DNA of 28,116 nucleotides. Origin: Saprolegnia diclina VS20. Lineage: Eukaryota. Below the pieces are notes generated by a model. That model was given only the letters and a program-made list of their open reading frames with translations, searched no databases and had not been told where the DNA came from. Positions 1 to 11,397 of this stretch are shown here, piece by piece. The stretch spans positions 489,793-517,908 of the forward strand of contig NW_008246086.1 of the NCBI RefSeq assembly GCF_000281045.1. Reading direction: 5' to 3'. Position numbers and translations under genes: made by a program. Every line of letters begins with the position of its first letter. Position 1 is the first letter of the stretch.

Positions 1-604
1 GGCGTCTCGGCGGGGCGGACGCTTAAGTAGCTACATGCACGCTGCATGAGTCCTCGACCGCCTTCGCATGCGAGTAGTACCGCTTCATCATGTACTGGCC
101 GTCCATGGCCAGCGCCTTCTTGGCGGCCTTGTCCGAGTCGAAGACGATGTGCGCGTACCCACGCGGCTTGCCCGAGTCCTGATACCTAATGCATCTCCAT
201 CAGCACTATAGGCGAAGAAGCGTGTGGCGTACCGGGGCATGCGCACTTCCTTGACTGCGCCGCAGGCCGAAAAGTGCGACACGAGCGCGCTCTCGTCGGC
301 GTCGTACGAGATGCCCTCGACGTACACCGTTGCCTTGGTCTTCTCCTTGGCAGCTTGCTTGAGCTCGCTCGCATGGTCGTCCTGCGCAGCGCTACGGCGG
401 CGTGAGCCACGATGGCGTAAAATGGAGGGACTACCTCTCAGTGTCCTGAACGGCGGTGGCATCCTCGTCGTCGTCGTCCGAGTCGCTGGCCTCCGAGTCT
501 GATGCCGCTAGCACGGCCTCTTTGACCTGCTTGGGCTTGGGCTTGAAGAAGGCCTTCTCGGTCTCGTCGTCGCTGCTGCTGTAGTCGCTCTCGTCGCTCG
601 ACAT
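1..604 (-). CDS. RRM-domain RNA-binding protein with acidic/Ser-rich N-terminus (nucleolin/NSR1-like); 3' end runs off the window
   Basis: ATG at 604; GT-AG introns 392-434, 186-232 and 31-80 join the frames into MSSDESDYSSSDDETEK...TVYVEGISYDADESALVSHFSACGAVKEVRMPRYQDSGKPRGYAHIVFDSDKAAKKALAMDGQYMMKRYLSV. RNP2 (VYVEGI) and RNP1 (RGYAHIVF) are present. Confidence 0.85.
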
Positions 605-1706
605 GGCTCGATGCGGTGCTGTGTGATGTGTTCAACTCGCCAACCGAACCAATCTATTGGTGCTGTTTAAAACATGTTGTCAACACCAATGTGGAATGGT
701 TTAAAACGAAACGCAGCGCTGCGGCGGGACATTCGGCACGGTTCGCCAGAGGTGCCGAGAGGCGTGACGTCGTGGCGTGGCCGCAGTATACCGTCGACGA
801 CAGCAGTAGCTCCGCGGCGATGCAGATAACCTCTGCCATCCAATGTCATTGCACCCAGTGGCAAAGCAAGCTTTCGACCATGCGATGCACCGTGGCTTTG
901 TGCCATCAACACTCGAATCTTGGACAGCCCACGGTTCCTTGAACTCGGTACAGTATGCGTCGGACACACTACCCATCGTACGATGGTGGTGCGTGACGCG
1001 GCGACGGTGGCGCGGTGGCTACTGCCACCTCGTCAACGCAATTGCGCTTGTCGCGGTGCGCGTTGCACGGACCGGTATAGCCGCCTACAATGCGGCTTCC
1101 AACGCCAAACGCGAGAGGTACCGCTTGCACAGCGTTGGCAGGTCGGGTCACATCCTCACCGTCGCTGTGTGGCATCTTGGTGCCTGGCGAAGCGTGCTGA
1201 TGTCGCCGCCGACCGCAAACGTGTTTAAAACACTGTTGGAAACACATTCGGACCAATCACGGGCAGCGGGGCCAATAATTGGAGGGGAATCGGAGGTCCC
1301 AGTCAAGTGCGAGGCAACCACCGCACTTGATCGAGGGTGGTCGTGCCCCGTGTATTTTAATGAATTGATTTTAATGAAGCTTGGGCATTGTATGTAAAAG
1401 TTTGAAAAGAGATAAAATACGTGGGGCCCTGAGACAGCGCGCAAGGAGGGGTCAGCAAGAGGCAGGCGATGACGCCGCCGCTAAAGCGAGGGAAGTGCCC
1501 ATTTGCATAATAATATTGCGGATTTTGGACGGCGCGTCCCATCATAAAAATGCACAAAATCCACATCACACTCGATATTTGTATGAAAAGGGAGCTAGGC
1601 GCAAAAAAACACTGGCAAGAAGGCATCAAAAACATGCAAATTTTCTCGATGGCAGGAAAAAAAATCCTCGGGAATTCACTTTGTAATTTGGTTCATTTAC
1701 GAGAGC

Positions 1707-1895
1707 ATGCTCGCCGTTCGTTCCAGCGCCCGCAAGTTCCTGCGCCCCAAGTTCGCGGCCGCCTTTAGCACCGGCTCGGACTACGACCTCGTCGTCGTCG
1801 GCGGTGGTCCCGGCGGCTACGTCGCCGCCATCAAGGCCGCGCAGCTCGGTCTCAAGACGGCCTGCGTCGAGTCGCGTGGCACGCTCGGTGGCACC

Positions 1896-1930
<35 letters not shown>

Positions 1931-3185
1931 CCTCAGCGCGACGCACAAGTACCATGCGGCCCAGCACGACTTCAAGAACGTTGGCATTGAAGTTGACGGC
2001 CTTCGCATCGACTTTGCCAAGCTCATGGCCTCCAAGGACAAGAGCGTCAAGATCTTGACGGGCGGTATCGAGGGCCTCTTCAAGAAGAACAAGATCGACT
2101 ACATCAAGGGTTTTGGCAAGATCGTCGCCAAGAACCAGGTCAGCGTTGCCCTCAACGACGGTGGCAACAAGACCGTCTCGACCAAGAACATCCTCATCGC
2201 CACCGGTTCCGAGGTCACGCCGTTGCCGCCGGTCCCGGTCGACAACGAGGCTGGCAAGATCATCGACTCGACGGGCGCGCTCTCGTTGAAGCGCATCCCG
2301 GAGCACCTTGTCGTCATTGGTGGCGGTGTCATTGGCCTTGAAATGGGTTCGGTCTACGGCCGCCTCGGCGCCAAGATCACGGTCGTCGAGTACGCTGACA
2401 AGATCTGCCCCACGATGGACTTTGAGACGGGCCGCGAATTCCAGAAGCTCCTCAAGAAGCAGGGCATGAACTTCCAGCTCGGCCAGAAGGTCACGGCCTC
2501 CAAGGTCGAGGGCGACAAGGTCACGCTCACGGTCGAGCCCGCCGCCGGTGGCGAGGCCACGACGATCGAGTGCGACACGGTCCTCGTCGCGACGGGCCGC
2601 CGCCCGTTCACCAAGGGTCTCGGCCTCGAGGAGATGGGCATCCAGACGGACAAGTTTGGCCGCATCCAGGTCGACCTCTCCAACTTCAAGACGAACGTCG
2701 ACAACATCTTTGCCATCGGTGACTGCATTGAGGGCGCGATGCTTGCGCACAAGGCCGAGGAGGAAGGTATCTCGTGCGTCGAGTCGATCGCCGGCGGCCA
2801 CGGCCACGTCAACTACAACGCGATCCCGGGCGTCGTGTACACGTTCCCCGAAGTCGCGTCCGTCGGCAAGACGGAGGAGGAGCTCAAGGCTGCCGGCGTG
2901 GCCTACAACGTCGGTAAGTTCCCGATGATGGCCAACTCGCGCGCCCGCACGGTCGGCGAGACGGACGGCTTTGTCAAGATCCTCGCCGCCAAGGACGACG
3001 ACAAGATCCTCGGTATCCACATCATTGCGTCCAACGCCGGCGAAATGATCTCGGAGGGCGTCCTCGGCCTCGAGTACGGTGCGTCGGCTGAAGACATTGG
3101 CCGCACGTGCCACGCCCACCCGACCTTGAGCGAAGCCTTCAAGGAGGCCTGTAACGCGGCCTACGACAAGCCGATCAACTTCTAA
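1707..3185 (+). CDS. DLD: Dihydrolipoamide dehydrogenase (E3), mitochondrial precursor
   Basis: Intronless 492-aa ORF with FAD-binding GGGPGG, redox disulfide GTCLNVGCIPSK, NAD-binding GGGVIGLE and C-terminal HAHPTLSE. The N-terminus is Arg/Lys/Ser/Ala-rich with no acidic residues, like a presequence. Confidence 0.97.
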
Positions 3186-3493
3186 ATTGTAACGTCGTAC
3201 GATCCTGTGTCTGTACTTCTTGGGTCATCCTGGCGGCTTCACAGCCTCTAGCAGGCAGGCAGCGTGTCTTGGCTACGCAATGTGAGGACGCATGCTGCCT
3301 CCCGTCGGCTCTGTCGCCACAGTGCATGCGGTCAAACCAGATCTTAGCTCGAGTCGTAACCGCAGAAATTGCGATCTGCTTGCGAATCTGATAGGCATTC
3401 CAGCCAATCCAAAGCGGCGACAAAATTACAGTAGCCAATCAAAGAGGCCAACGATCCAGCCGTCCATACAGGCCATTTTGAGATTGCACTACG

Positions 3494-4648
3494 ATGACCG
3501 AGACGCCGACGACTGCCCACGTAGACGACGGACATAGGAACGTAGCATGATGCAGCTGGTATGCGTAGACGCCAAAGCGCCGCTTCCTCCTGTACGGAGG
3601 CACGGGCTGGATCGGCCAAAAGCTGATGGCACTCCTCGCGAGCCAACGCGACCACTGCGACGTGGGACGCGCCCGACTCGAGGACCGCGCCGCTGTCGCT
3701 GCGTACGTCTATCGATGGCCAAGGATGTTGGCTTAGCGCGAGCGTAGCGAAGTGCGCACGTTGGCGCCGACGCATGTCATCAACGCCGCCGGCGTCACTG
3801 GCCGGCCCAACGTCGATTGGTGCGAGACGCACCAAGCCGAGACGATTCGGTGCACACAATGAAATCTCTCGACCTACGCGCACATGCGTTTGCTATGTAG
3901 GGCCAACGTGGTCGGCTGCTTGAACGTCGTCGACGTGTGCCACGAGGCGTCGCAGGACGGCCGCGTCACGCCGATCCACTGCACGGTCATTGGCTCGGGC
4001 TGCATCTTTACGTACGATGACGCGCACCCGATGCACAGCGACAAGCTCTTCACCGAGGACGACCGCGGCAACTTTACCGGATCGTTCTACGCCAAGACCA
4101 AGGGCATGCTGGAAGAGGTCATCTTTGCATGTTCCTGCTCTCGCAAGATGGAACTATGATGGTAGATGCTGCGATCGTACCCGAATGTATGCGTCCTGCG
4201 CTTCCGCATGCCGCTCTCGGACGACCTGCACGAACGAAGCCTCCTTACCAAGCTACTCCACTACCCCAAGGTACGCTACTGCGCTATAGAGCTATAAGGT
4301 TATATGGCAGATGCGGAGGTCATCAACATCCCCAACTCGATCACGGTGCTGCACGATCTCTTGCCGGCGGTGGTGCTGCTCGCCAAGCAGCGGAACGTCG
4401 GCGTCTTCAACTTTACCAACCCCGGCGTCGTCTCGCACAACGAGCTCCTCGACTTGTACATCCAGTACATCGACAAGTCGTATGTCTACACCAACTTTGG
4501 GGCGGCCGACGAAGCCGCTTTGTGCCAGTCGCGCTCCAATGTCGCGCTCGACTCGTCCAAGCTCCAGGCGGCCCTGGGTTCGAATCTCGTGATCCCGCAC
4601 ATAACCGCGTCGCTCTACGCGCTCTTCCGCCGCATGGCGCAACACTAA
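3494..4648 (+). CDS. Nucleotide-rhamnose synthase 3,5-epimerase/4-keto-reductase (NRS/ER, UER1-like; extended SDR), ~304 aa
   Basis: Introns 3521-3568, 3703-3747, 3850-3900, 4118-4165 and 4271-4318 give an open frame with RFLLYGGTGWIG, THVINAAGVTGRPNVDWCE, GCIFTYD, NFTGSFYAKTK (YxxxK), LRFRMP, VINIPNS and NFTNPGVVSHNE. These motifs match the C-terminal half of plant RHM/UER1. Confidence 0.9.
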
Positions 4649-4716
4649 GCTTTCAACATGTACACGCAGCCGAGGACAGTCAGTGGTGTTGAGAAAAAAA
4701 GCGCAGACCTACAAAC

Positions 4717-5365
4717 CTACAAGATGACGCAGTTGGGCTCGCCGTCGACGGCAAGGAGCCCCGAGTCGCGCTCGATCTCCTTGATCAAGTACGTAAAGAC
4801 TTCGTCTACAGCCGTCATAGTCAGCATTGCCGTGTCAGAGAGGCAGCCGAACGTACTGATGTTTTCGTTTTGCTTGGCCGAGCACTCGGTGAACGGGCAG
4901 CCCCACGCCCGCGCAATGGCCTGCGCCTCGTCCGTCGACACTTGGCGGTTGCGGTCGAGGTCCGACATGCTCCCAATGAGCACGCGCGGCGGCTCCGACC
5001 CCAGCATGTTGATGAGCTTTTCGTTGATGAGCTTGAGCTTCTCAAACGACGTCCGCGACGTGATCGAGTAGACTAGGATGTAGCCGTGCACGCCGACGGA
5101 CGCGGCCTGCGAGAAATGCGAGTACTCGTCCTACGCTGCTATCAAGCGGCGGCGAGGCGACCGTGCGTCCTACCATGCCCGCGGTGTCGACAATGTCGGT
5201 GACAAAGTGGGCGTTCTTGAAGCGGATCGTCTTGTGGAACGTGTTCTCGATCGTCGGGTCGTAGTTCTCCACGAACCGGTTCTCGACAAAGCACGTCGTC
5301 AGCGACGACTTGCCGACGCCCGGGTACCCGAGCACCGTGAGCTTGCGCTGGACCTCCACGACCAT
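4717..5365 (-). CDS. RHEB: Rheb-family small GTPase, 184 aa, CAAX terminus (CVIL)
   Basis: Introns 5131-5173 and 4806-4856; P-loop GYPGVGKS, Rheb-type effector loop YDPTIENTF, DTAGMDEYS, GYILVYSITS, ECSAK, C-terminal CVIL*. Confidence 0.9.
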
Positions 5366-6136
5366 CTTCTTGTCCTGCTCGTCCGACTCGAAATGCCAAA
5401 AAGCAAAGTCGCCAACCGCCTCGTCCTAATTAGGATCCCGCACGCCGAATTTCAAAACGTTCAGGCACATGGCAAGCACAACCATGACCCACAACGATAT
5501 CGGATAGCTCGCTATCCCATGTGGATAGCAGGATTGGATAGCTCTTTGACGACAATAGCGATTGTGTATCCGAGAGCCTTCTGTGTGCTTTATACAGTAC
5601 CACCCCGAACCTCGGCGGCGCTGCTGCCAAAGGCGCCGACAAGCCTACGTCATCCCGGTGGTGCCACCGCCTTGTCGTCATGTGGAGGCGCTCGGCCTCC
5701 ACTCTGCGGTCGGCGGCAAGCTGGACACGCGAGCACCATCGAGAACCGAGCCGCCGGTGGTTTGCAGCATGCTGCAATGAGAACTTGGGTACTACCTCCA
5801 CTGTTGCTAGTTCGACCCTGATCCTTGGTCGTGCTGTCCCGCTGATGAACGCAACGTTATCGCGATAGCCCATGGCCTAGTCGCAGGGGCCTACTGGAGT
5901 GGAGTTGCCAACACCCTTGGTGCTCGAGGCTCGTTGTCGTTCGCAGGCCGACCTTTCTAGAGAGGGCTAGGGTTTGTACCGGGTGTCGTCGCTACCGGTA
6001 GCCCATCTGCAGACATATTGTGTTTCAATACGCCATGAAAGACGTGTTACGCATGTACTATATAACCATTCTGTTGTAAAACCAATGTAAGCTTGTCTGT
6101 ATATTTGTCGGGAAGGTCTGCAGCGGTGGCGTCGCT

Positions 6137-9100
6137 TCAGTAGGCGCTCGTCCTTGCGTACGACGCCCGTATACTCGCGCTGGTATACCCGTCGTCGCCG
6201 TCGTCGTCGTGATTGTTGTTGCTCGCGTGGCGGCTTTTCCGACGGGCCTTGACAAGCCCGGACGCGCCGCCCATCGCCGGCTCGTCCTCCGCGCGCAGTG
6301 GCTTCTTGTCGCTGAGCCAAAGCGGCACCGCGTCGCTGCCGCCCATGGCGACGGTCGGAATGCGCCCGTTCGCATTGTTGCACCCAGTGTCGTCCGTCTC
6401 GTCGTCGTCGTAGGCGAGGGAACCGTCGCGCGCCGAGTTGGGCGGCCGAATGCACACGTTCCCAAGCGCTTTCGTGTCGTCCAGCGGCACGGACCGCGGC
6501 GGCCGCAGCGCAGCGATGCGCCGGACGTGCGACGCGCGCGAGCCGCGGACGACAACCACCGGGTCCTTCTTGATGTCGGCGCTGGCTTCGTCGTCGATGA
6601 ACGTCTGGAGCTTCCGCTGGAGGATGCCGGAGCAGACGGTGATGGCTTTGGACAAGGCGACCGCGTCGTGGGCTTGAAGGAGCTGGAGCACAGTGCGCGT
6701 GCAGTCGTGGACGTGGGCGCTCGGGTGGGGCAGGCACGATGAGCCGAGGAAGGGCACGACGTTCTCGACGCACAATATGTCCTTTTGCGCTGGCGGCGAT
6801 GACGCGGTCTCTTGGAGCATCTCGTCCATGAGCTCGAGGCGGAGCGAGAGCTGCCACATGGTACAGAGATGGCTCTTGCGCTTCTCTTGCGGTGTCGCAG
6901 TGGGCGACAGCCGATCTTCCGGCGCGCTCAGGACCGCGTTCGAGACCACGTTTCGGCCAACCGCGTGGCGCTTGGCGGTGGCGCGAAGTAGCGCCATGAC
7001 CTCGTGTCGCACGCGCACCGCCGGGTGCGACGCCTGCTGTAGGATGCTGCGGATCGTCGAGCTCAGAATCAAGTTGACGCCCCACTCGCCCCACGGAATC
7101 GCATACACAGCGTGCGCCGGCGCGTCAATGACAAGACCGAGGAGCCGGCACGTGGCAAGCGCCACCGGCGTCGCATTGTCGACGAGCAGCTGCTTGCAGA
7201 GGAGACAGAGGATCTCCCAAATACCCTTGAGCTTGGCGTCGTGGCCGCGCTTTGGTAGCCACTCGAGGAGCTGCAGCACGCCTTGGCTGCGCTTACTGCT
7301 CAATGGCGACGAGAGCAGCAAGCAGACGTCGCAGCCAACGTACGCCTCCATCTTTTCCATGTCGACACCGTGGTGGCCGCGCGCCGACTCGACTTCGGGC
7401 GCGCCACCCGCTTGCAACGGCCTACGCCCATTGGTCATTCAACCGGATGACGTCATCGGCATATGACGTGGCACACGTACGTGGCGTCTTTTTTGAGTTG
7501 CACAATGTTGCGCGTGATCGCCTCTCGAACCGTCGCCTTGAGGTTTGAGAGACACGCGCTGACGTCGACGGCGCCAAAACGAACGTCGGTGCCGCCCTTG
7601 GTCACGTCGTAGATGGCCGTGTACGCGGCGACGGCGGCGTTCCGGACGTCGACGTGCTTGTTTTCAAACGCCGGGACGACGACGGCGAGGACCGGTGCAA
7701 CGTCGAGCGGCGTCGACTTGGCCGACTCGCGCACGAGCGACGTGAGCAGCATGAGGATCTCGGCGATCGCGACCGGCGAGGACCCAAGCAACTGCGCATA
7801 CTTGTCGAGGAGGAAGCCGCCGACAATCGTGCCGCCAACATGCGGCAAGCCCGCTAGCGTGTGCAGTAGAGCAAACGAGTCGGACCGAATGCGCTGCTTC
7901 GAGTCGCCGAGTTTCTGGATCACGACGTCAATGGCCGTGCGCAGCGTCGAGCGCACGACCACGTCGCCACCAGGGACAAGCGGCAAGAACTCGGTGGCCA
8001 CCACTTGCATGAGCCGGAGCGCGCACTGGTAGACGCGGGCGACCGTATCGTTCAAGAGGAGCTCGAGCGCTTCGGACAACACGAGGAGCGTCGTCGCATC
8101 GTGCGGCAAGGCGTCCGACGACTTGACGGACGCAAGCACCGTCTTTTCGATCTCACGGACAGCGGCCTCGCGCTGGGCCCAGTTCTTATCGACGAGACAG
8201 CGCACGACGTTTTCGCCGAGTACGGGGAGGAGGCGCGCGCACTCGGTCTCTTGTTCGGGCGTCAGCGACGCGCCGTACGGCAACGCCGCGTCCCCATTGT
8301 CTACACATAACGACATCGATGCGTCCTCTATGTGCGCTTCGAAAATCGTCGTACTCGCAACGGGCGCCGAGAGCGAGACACTGGAGAGCGCGGGGCGGTG
8401 CTTGGTCGACGACCCGGAAGCGGTTGGCGGGCGCGGACCCGATGTGCCCGGGCGGATCGGGTCGACGGCAATGTCAAAGTCGTCGACGTCGTCCATGAGC
8501 AGATCGCTCTCAAGGACGCCCATTTCAACGAGCTTGGAAATGAGCTTTTGACGGGCGCCCCGCGCGAGGCCGTTGAGAAATGGCATGGTCGCTTGGCGGG
8601 CCACCTACACGACTCGAGTGAGCGAGAGGATGAGGGGAGGAGGGACCTTGAAGGCTTCGGAGAACACTTGGAGCGCGGCGTGGCGCACGGCTGGGTCCTT
8701 GTTCTCGCACGACGTGACCGCGGGCTGCAAGACTAGGCGCAGTGGGAGCGCGCCGCCGGCGTCTTTGACCCCAAACTCGAGCATGAGCTTGGCGAGCAGC
8801 GTGAGTTTGTTGGCGAGGAGCGTTGTCGACGTCGCGGCCGACGACGGGATCTCCTCGACGACCATTTCCGGCCCGATGAGGGTCTGCCGCGATAAAAACA
8901 GGAGCGCGTCTTCGCTCACGACTTGAAGCCGCGCCTTCGAGTCGCCCAGCCTACCACAGTTAGTAAGATCTTACTTGACGTTAGGAGCATGGCGTACTTG
9001 TGGACGATGCGCGAGATGAGCGGGCGCAGCACCTTTTGCAGCTCAGTCTGGCGCGGCCCGTCGACCGACCCGATGCCAATGAGGAATTCCATGAGCAGCC

Positions 9101-11397
9101 CGACGCCAGCTTCGTACTAGTGCACGCTTTACATGAATATCGACCGAGCAATGGATACATGGATAGATNNNNNNNNNNNNNNNNNNNNNNNNNNNNNNNN
9201 NNNNNNNNNNNNNNNNNNNNNNNNNNNNNNNNNNNNNNNNNNNNNNNNNNNNNNNNNNNNNNNNNNNNGATAGATAGATGGGATACCACGGCGTTGACAC
9301 GGTCACTGAGCGCGCTGGTCAAGATCTTGTCCATGGCAGCAATCACCTTGGCGTCGGACACGTGGCACGCCTTGCTCTCGAGGAGGCGTTGGAGGTAGCT
9401 GAGGCCTTCGACGCGGGGTGCCCACGCGTTCGAGTAGAGGCACCGCGCGACCTTGTCGCCAAAGCACGCTTGTACGCACAGCGCTTCGTCCTTAAACTGG
9501 TCTACACAGTACAACCATTGAACTATCGCTCGAGATGTTGTCTACGTACCTTGGACGGGCTCGGCGTACGGCAGATCCGTGTCACTCAGCTCGTCCTTCT
9601 TGTCGCTGGTCGCGAGGAGGAGGAGATTGACGTTCGGCGCGCTCGTGTCCTTGACCTTGGGCGTCCGCGTCTCCGAGAGCCGCTTGCTGTTCTGCAGCGC
9701 GGTCTTGAGGCCCTTGTTGATGTTGCCGAGGAGCGACGGCTTGACTTGGCCGACGTATTTGAGCAGGAGCGAGTCGGCAAACGACAAGATTTGATCGCCA
9801 ACCTCATTCGCCGTGCCCTCGAGTCCTACGCCACTTCGTCACATCTCAGATCGAGACAAATAAGCTACCCGACGACTCGCTCGTGATCAAAATGGCTTGC
9901 ACGAGCAGGTCGATGGCGGCTGTGCGCACTTTGGCATTCGAGTGCTCGAGCGTCAAGCCGCTGATCTTCATGGCGTCTTCAAAGAGGAGGCCACTGCCTT
10001 TCGAGAACCGGTACTGACTAGCGATGGCCGTCAAGAGACGAATGTAGACCAATACGTGGCGCCACCCGGCCACTTTGCTCTTTGGGAGCATCTGCGTTGT
10101 GATGTTGTGCGTCATCCTCGACGTTGCGTGCTCGCTCTTGCAAGCAAGGAAGAGAAGCGACGTGACGGCTTCGCTTGCCTCGCGCTCGTGGGCGCCGGCG
10201 GCGCGCTGCAATAGGACGTCGATGATCTCAGCGATGCGCGGATGGGCGTCGTGGTACGCGACCGAGTGAAACGACGGCGTGGCGAGGACGCTGTTGAAAG
10301 CACCTTTGAGTAGCGGCATCGAGCTCGAGAAGACTTGGGCGACCGAGTCCCGCGCAGCGAGAAGCAGGACGTCGCACGCTGCATCAAAGATGGCCGCGCT
10401 CGGCTTTTGCTGCTGCTGGACCGCAAGGACGACATCGGCCACGCCTTGCTGCCGCGTCTTCCACTCGCTCGAGCCGAGTTGACGCGCGGTCGCAGCGCCA
10501 AACGCCTTGGTAATCGCTTCCGAGATTGGCTTGCGGGTCTCGTCGTCCGACGCAGCGTCGTCGTCGGCCCCGCCGCTCGTGTCGAGCCCGTCGTCGTTGG
10601 CTTCCAACGTCCCGTGCTCCGCATACGTCGAGAGGAATGCTTGCGTGTGCCCGGACGCGAGGTCCATGGGCGTGACGCCCAAGCTATCGGTGGCGTGGAG
10701 GTCGGCGCCGGCGTCGAGCAGCACCTTGGCCACGTCCTTCCGGCTCTAATTTTGAAATGCAAACTGAGAAGGCAAAGAAGTGCGAGAGATGGACCTGGTG
10801 GCACGCGTAGTGGAGCGGCGTGACGCCGTTGATCGCCGAGCCCGCGAGGTCGGCGTTGCACTCGACTAGGAAATCGACGATCTCGACGTGGCCCTTGACG
10901 CACGCGGCTTGAAGCGGCGTAAACGCGATGTCGTAGCAGCGGTCGTCGGCGGGCTTAGCCATGTGCGCCTTGCCACTGTAGTCGGTATCGATGTCGGCGC
11001 CGTTCGAGACCATCCACTTGACGAGCGGCAAGTTGCCGCAGTCGGCGGCGTAGAACAGGGGCGTGTGGCCCTACGCATGGCGTCGATGCATTGTGGGCAC
11101 GCGATGGGCAGGCGTACCCGCTTGTTGGGCTCGTTGAGGTACATGCCCGACATGAAGAGGTACTTGCACGCATTCAAGTTGCCGTTGGAGCACGCGATGT
11201 GCATGAGCGTGCTCTCGGTGCTCTCGTCGACGAGTCGATTGACATCAAACGCCTTGTCGTCGCCGGCCGAGAGCTCCTGTGGCCCGCGATCAGCGAGAGC
11301 CTCCATGGCCGACCATTGGTACCTCGATGAGGCGCTGGACCGTCCCGAGGTCGTTCGACTTGGCGGCCGCGAAGATCGTCTGCGCCAGCTCCAGCAT
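6137..11397 (-). CDS. Large protein (~1569 aa): N-terminal ankyrin repeats followed by 3-4 TOG/HEAT-repeat domains and a low-complexity tail
   Basis: Nine GT-AG introns (11277-11322, 11071-11117, 10746-10794, 9826-9868, 9502-9549, 9117-9286, 8951-8997, 8605-8646, 7422-7480) leave 4710 nt in one frame. Ankyrin motifs: TLMHIACSNG, GHTPLFYAA, TPLQAACVKG, GVTPLHYAC, GVTPMDLA. TOG-like starts: SSEWKTRQQG, SNAWAPRVEG, DKNWAQREAA. KLGDSK occurs twice. Confidence 0.8.
9153..9285. repeat. (GATA)n-type microsatellite flanking a 100-N assembly gap inside intron 6 of the Ank-TOG gene
   Basis: ggatacatggatagat precedes and gatagatagatgggata follows the N run at 9169-9268. Confidence 0.65.

Noticed and set aside
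1626..3119. 497-aa antisense ORF opposite DLD
   Set aside because: Same codon-bias shadow effect; no recognisable motifs.
4806..4856. Apparent 17-aa insertion in Rheb (STFGCLSDTAMLTMTAV)
   Set aside because: It is a 51-nt GT-AG intron that happens to lack stops; removing it restores normal Rheb length.
5780..5970. GTTCGA-containing segment as a possible tRNA or structured RNA
   Set aside because: I could not fold a cloverleaf or find a matching A-box.
5967..7094. 375-aa alternative-frame ORF and other Arg/Ala/Pro-rich ORFs overlapping called genes (e.g. 20229-21290, 14225-15286, 23260-24126)
   Set aside because: Off-frame or antisense shadows typical of GC-rich coding DNA.
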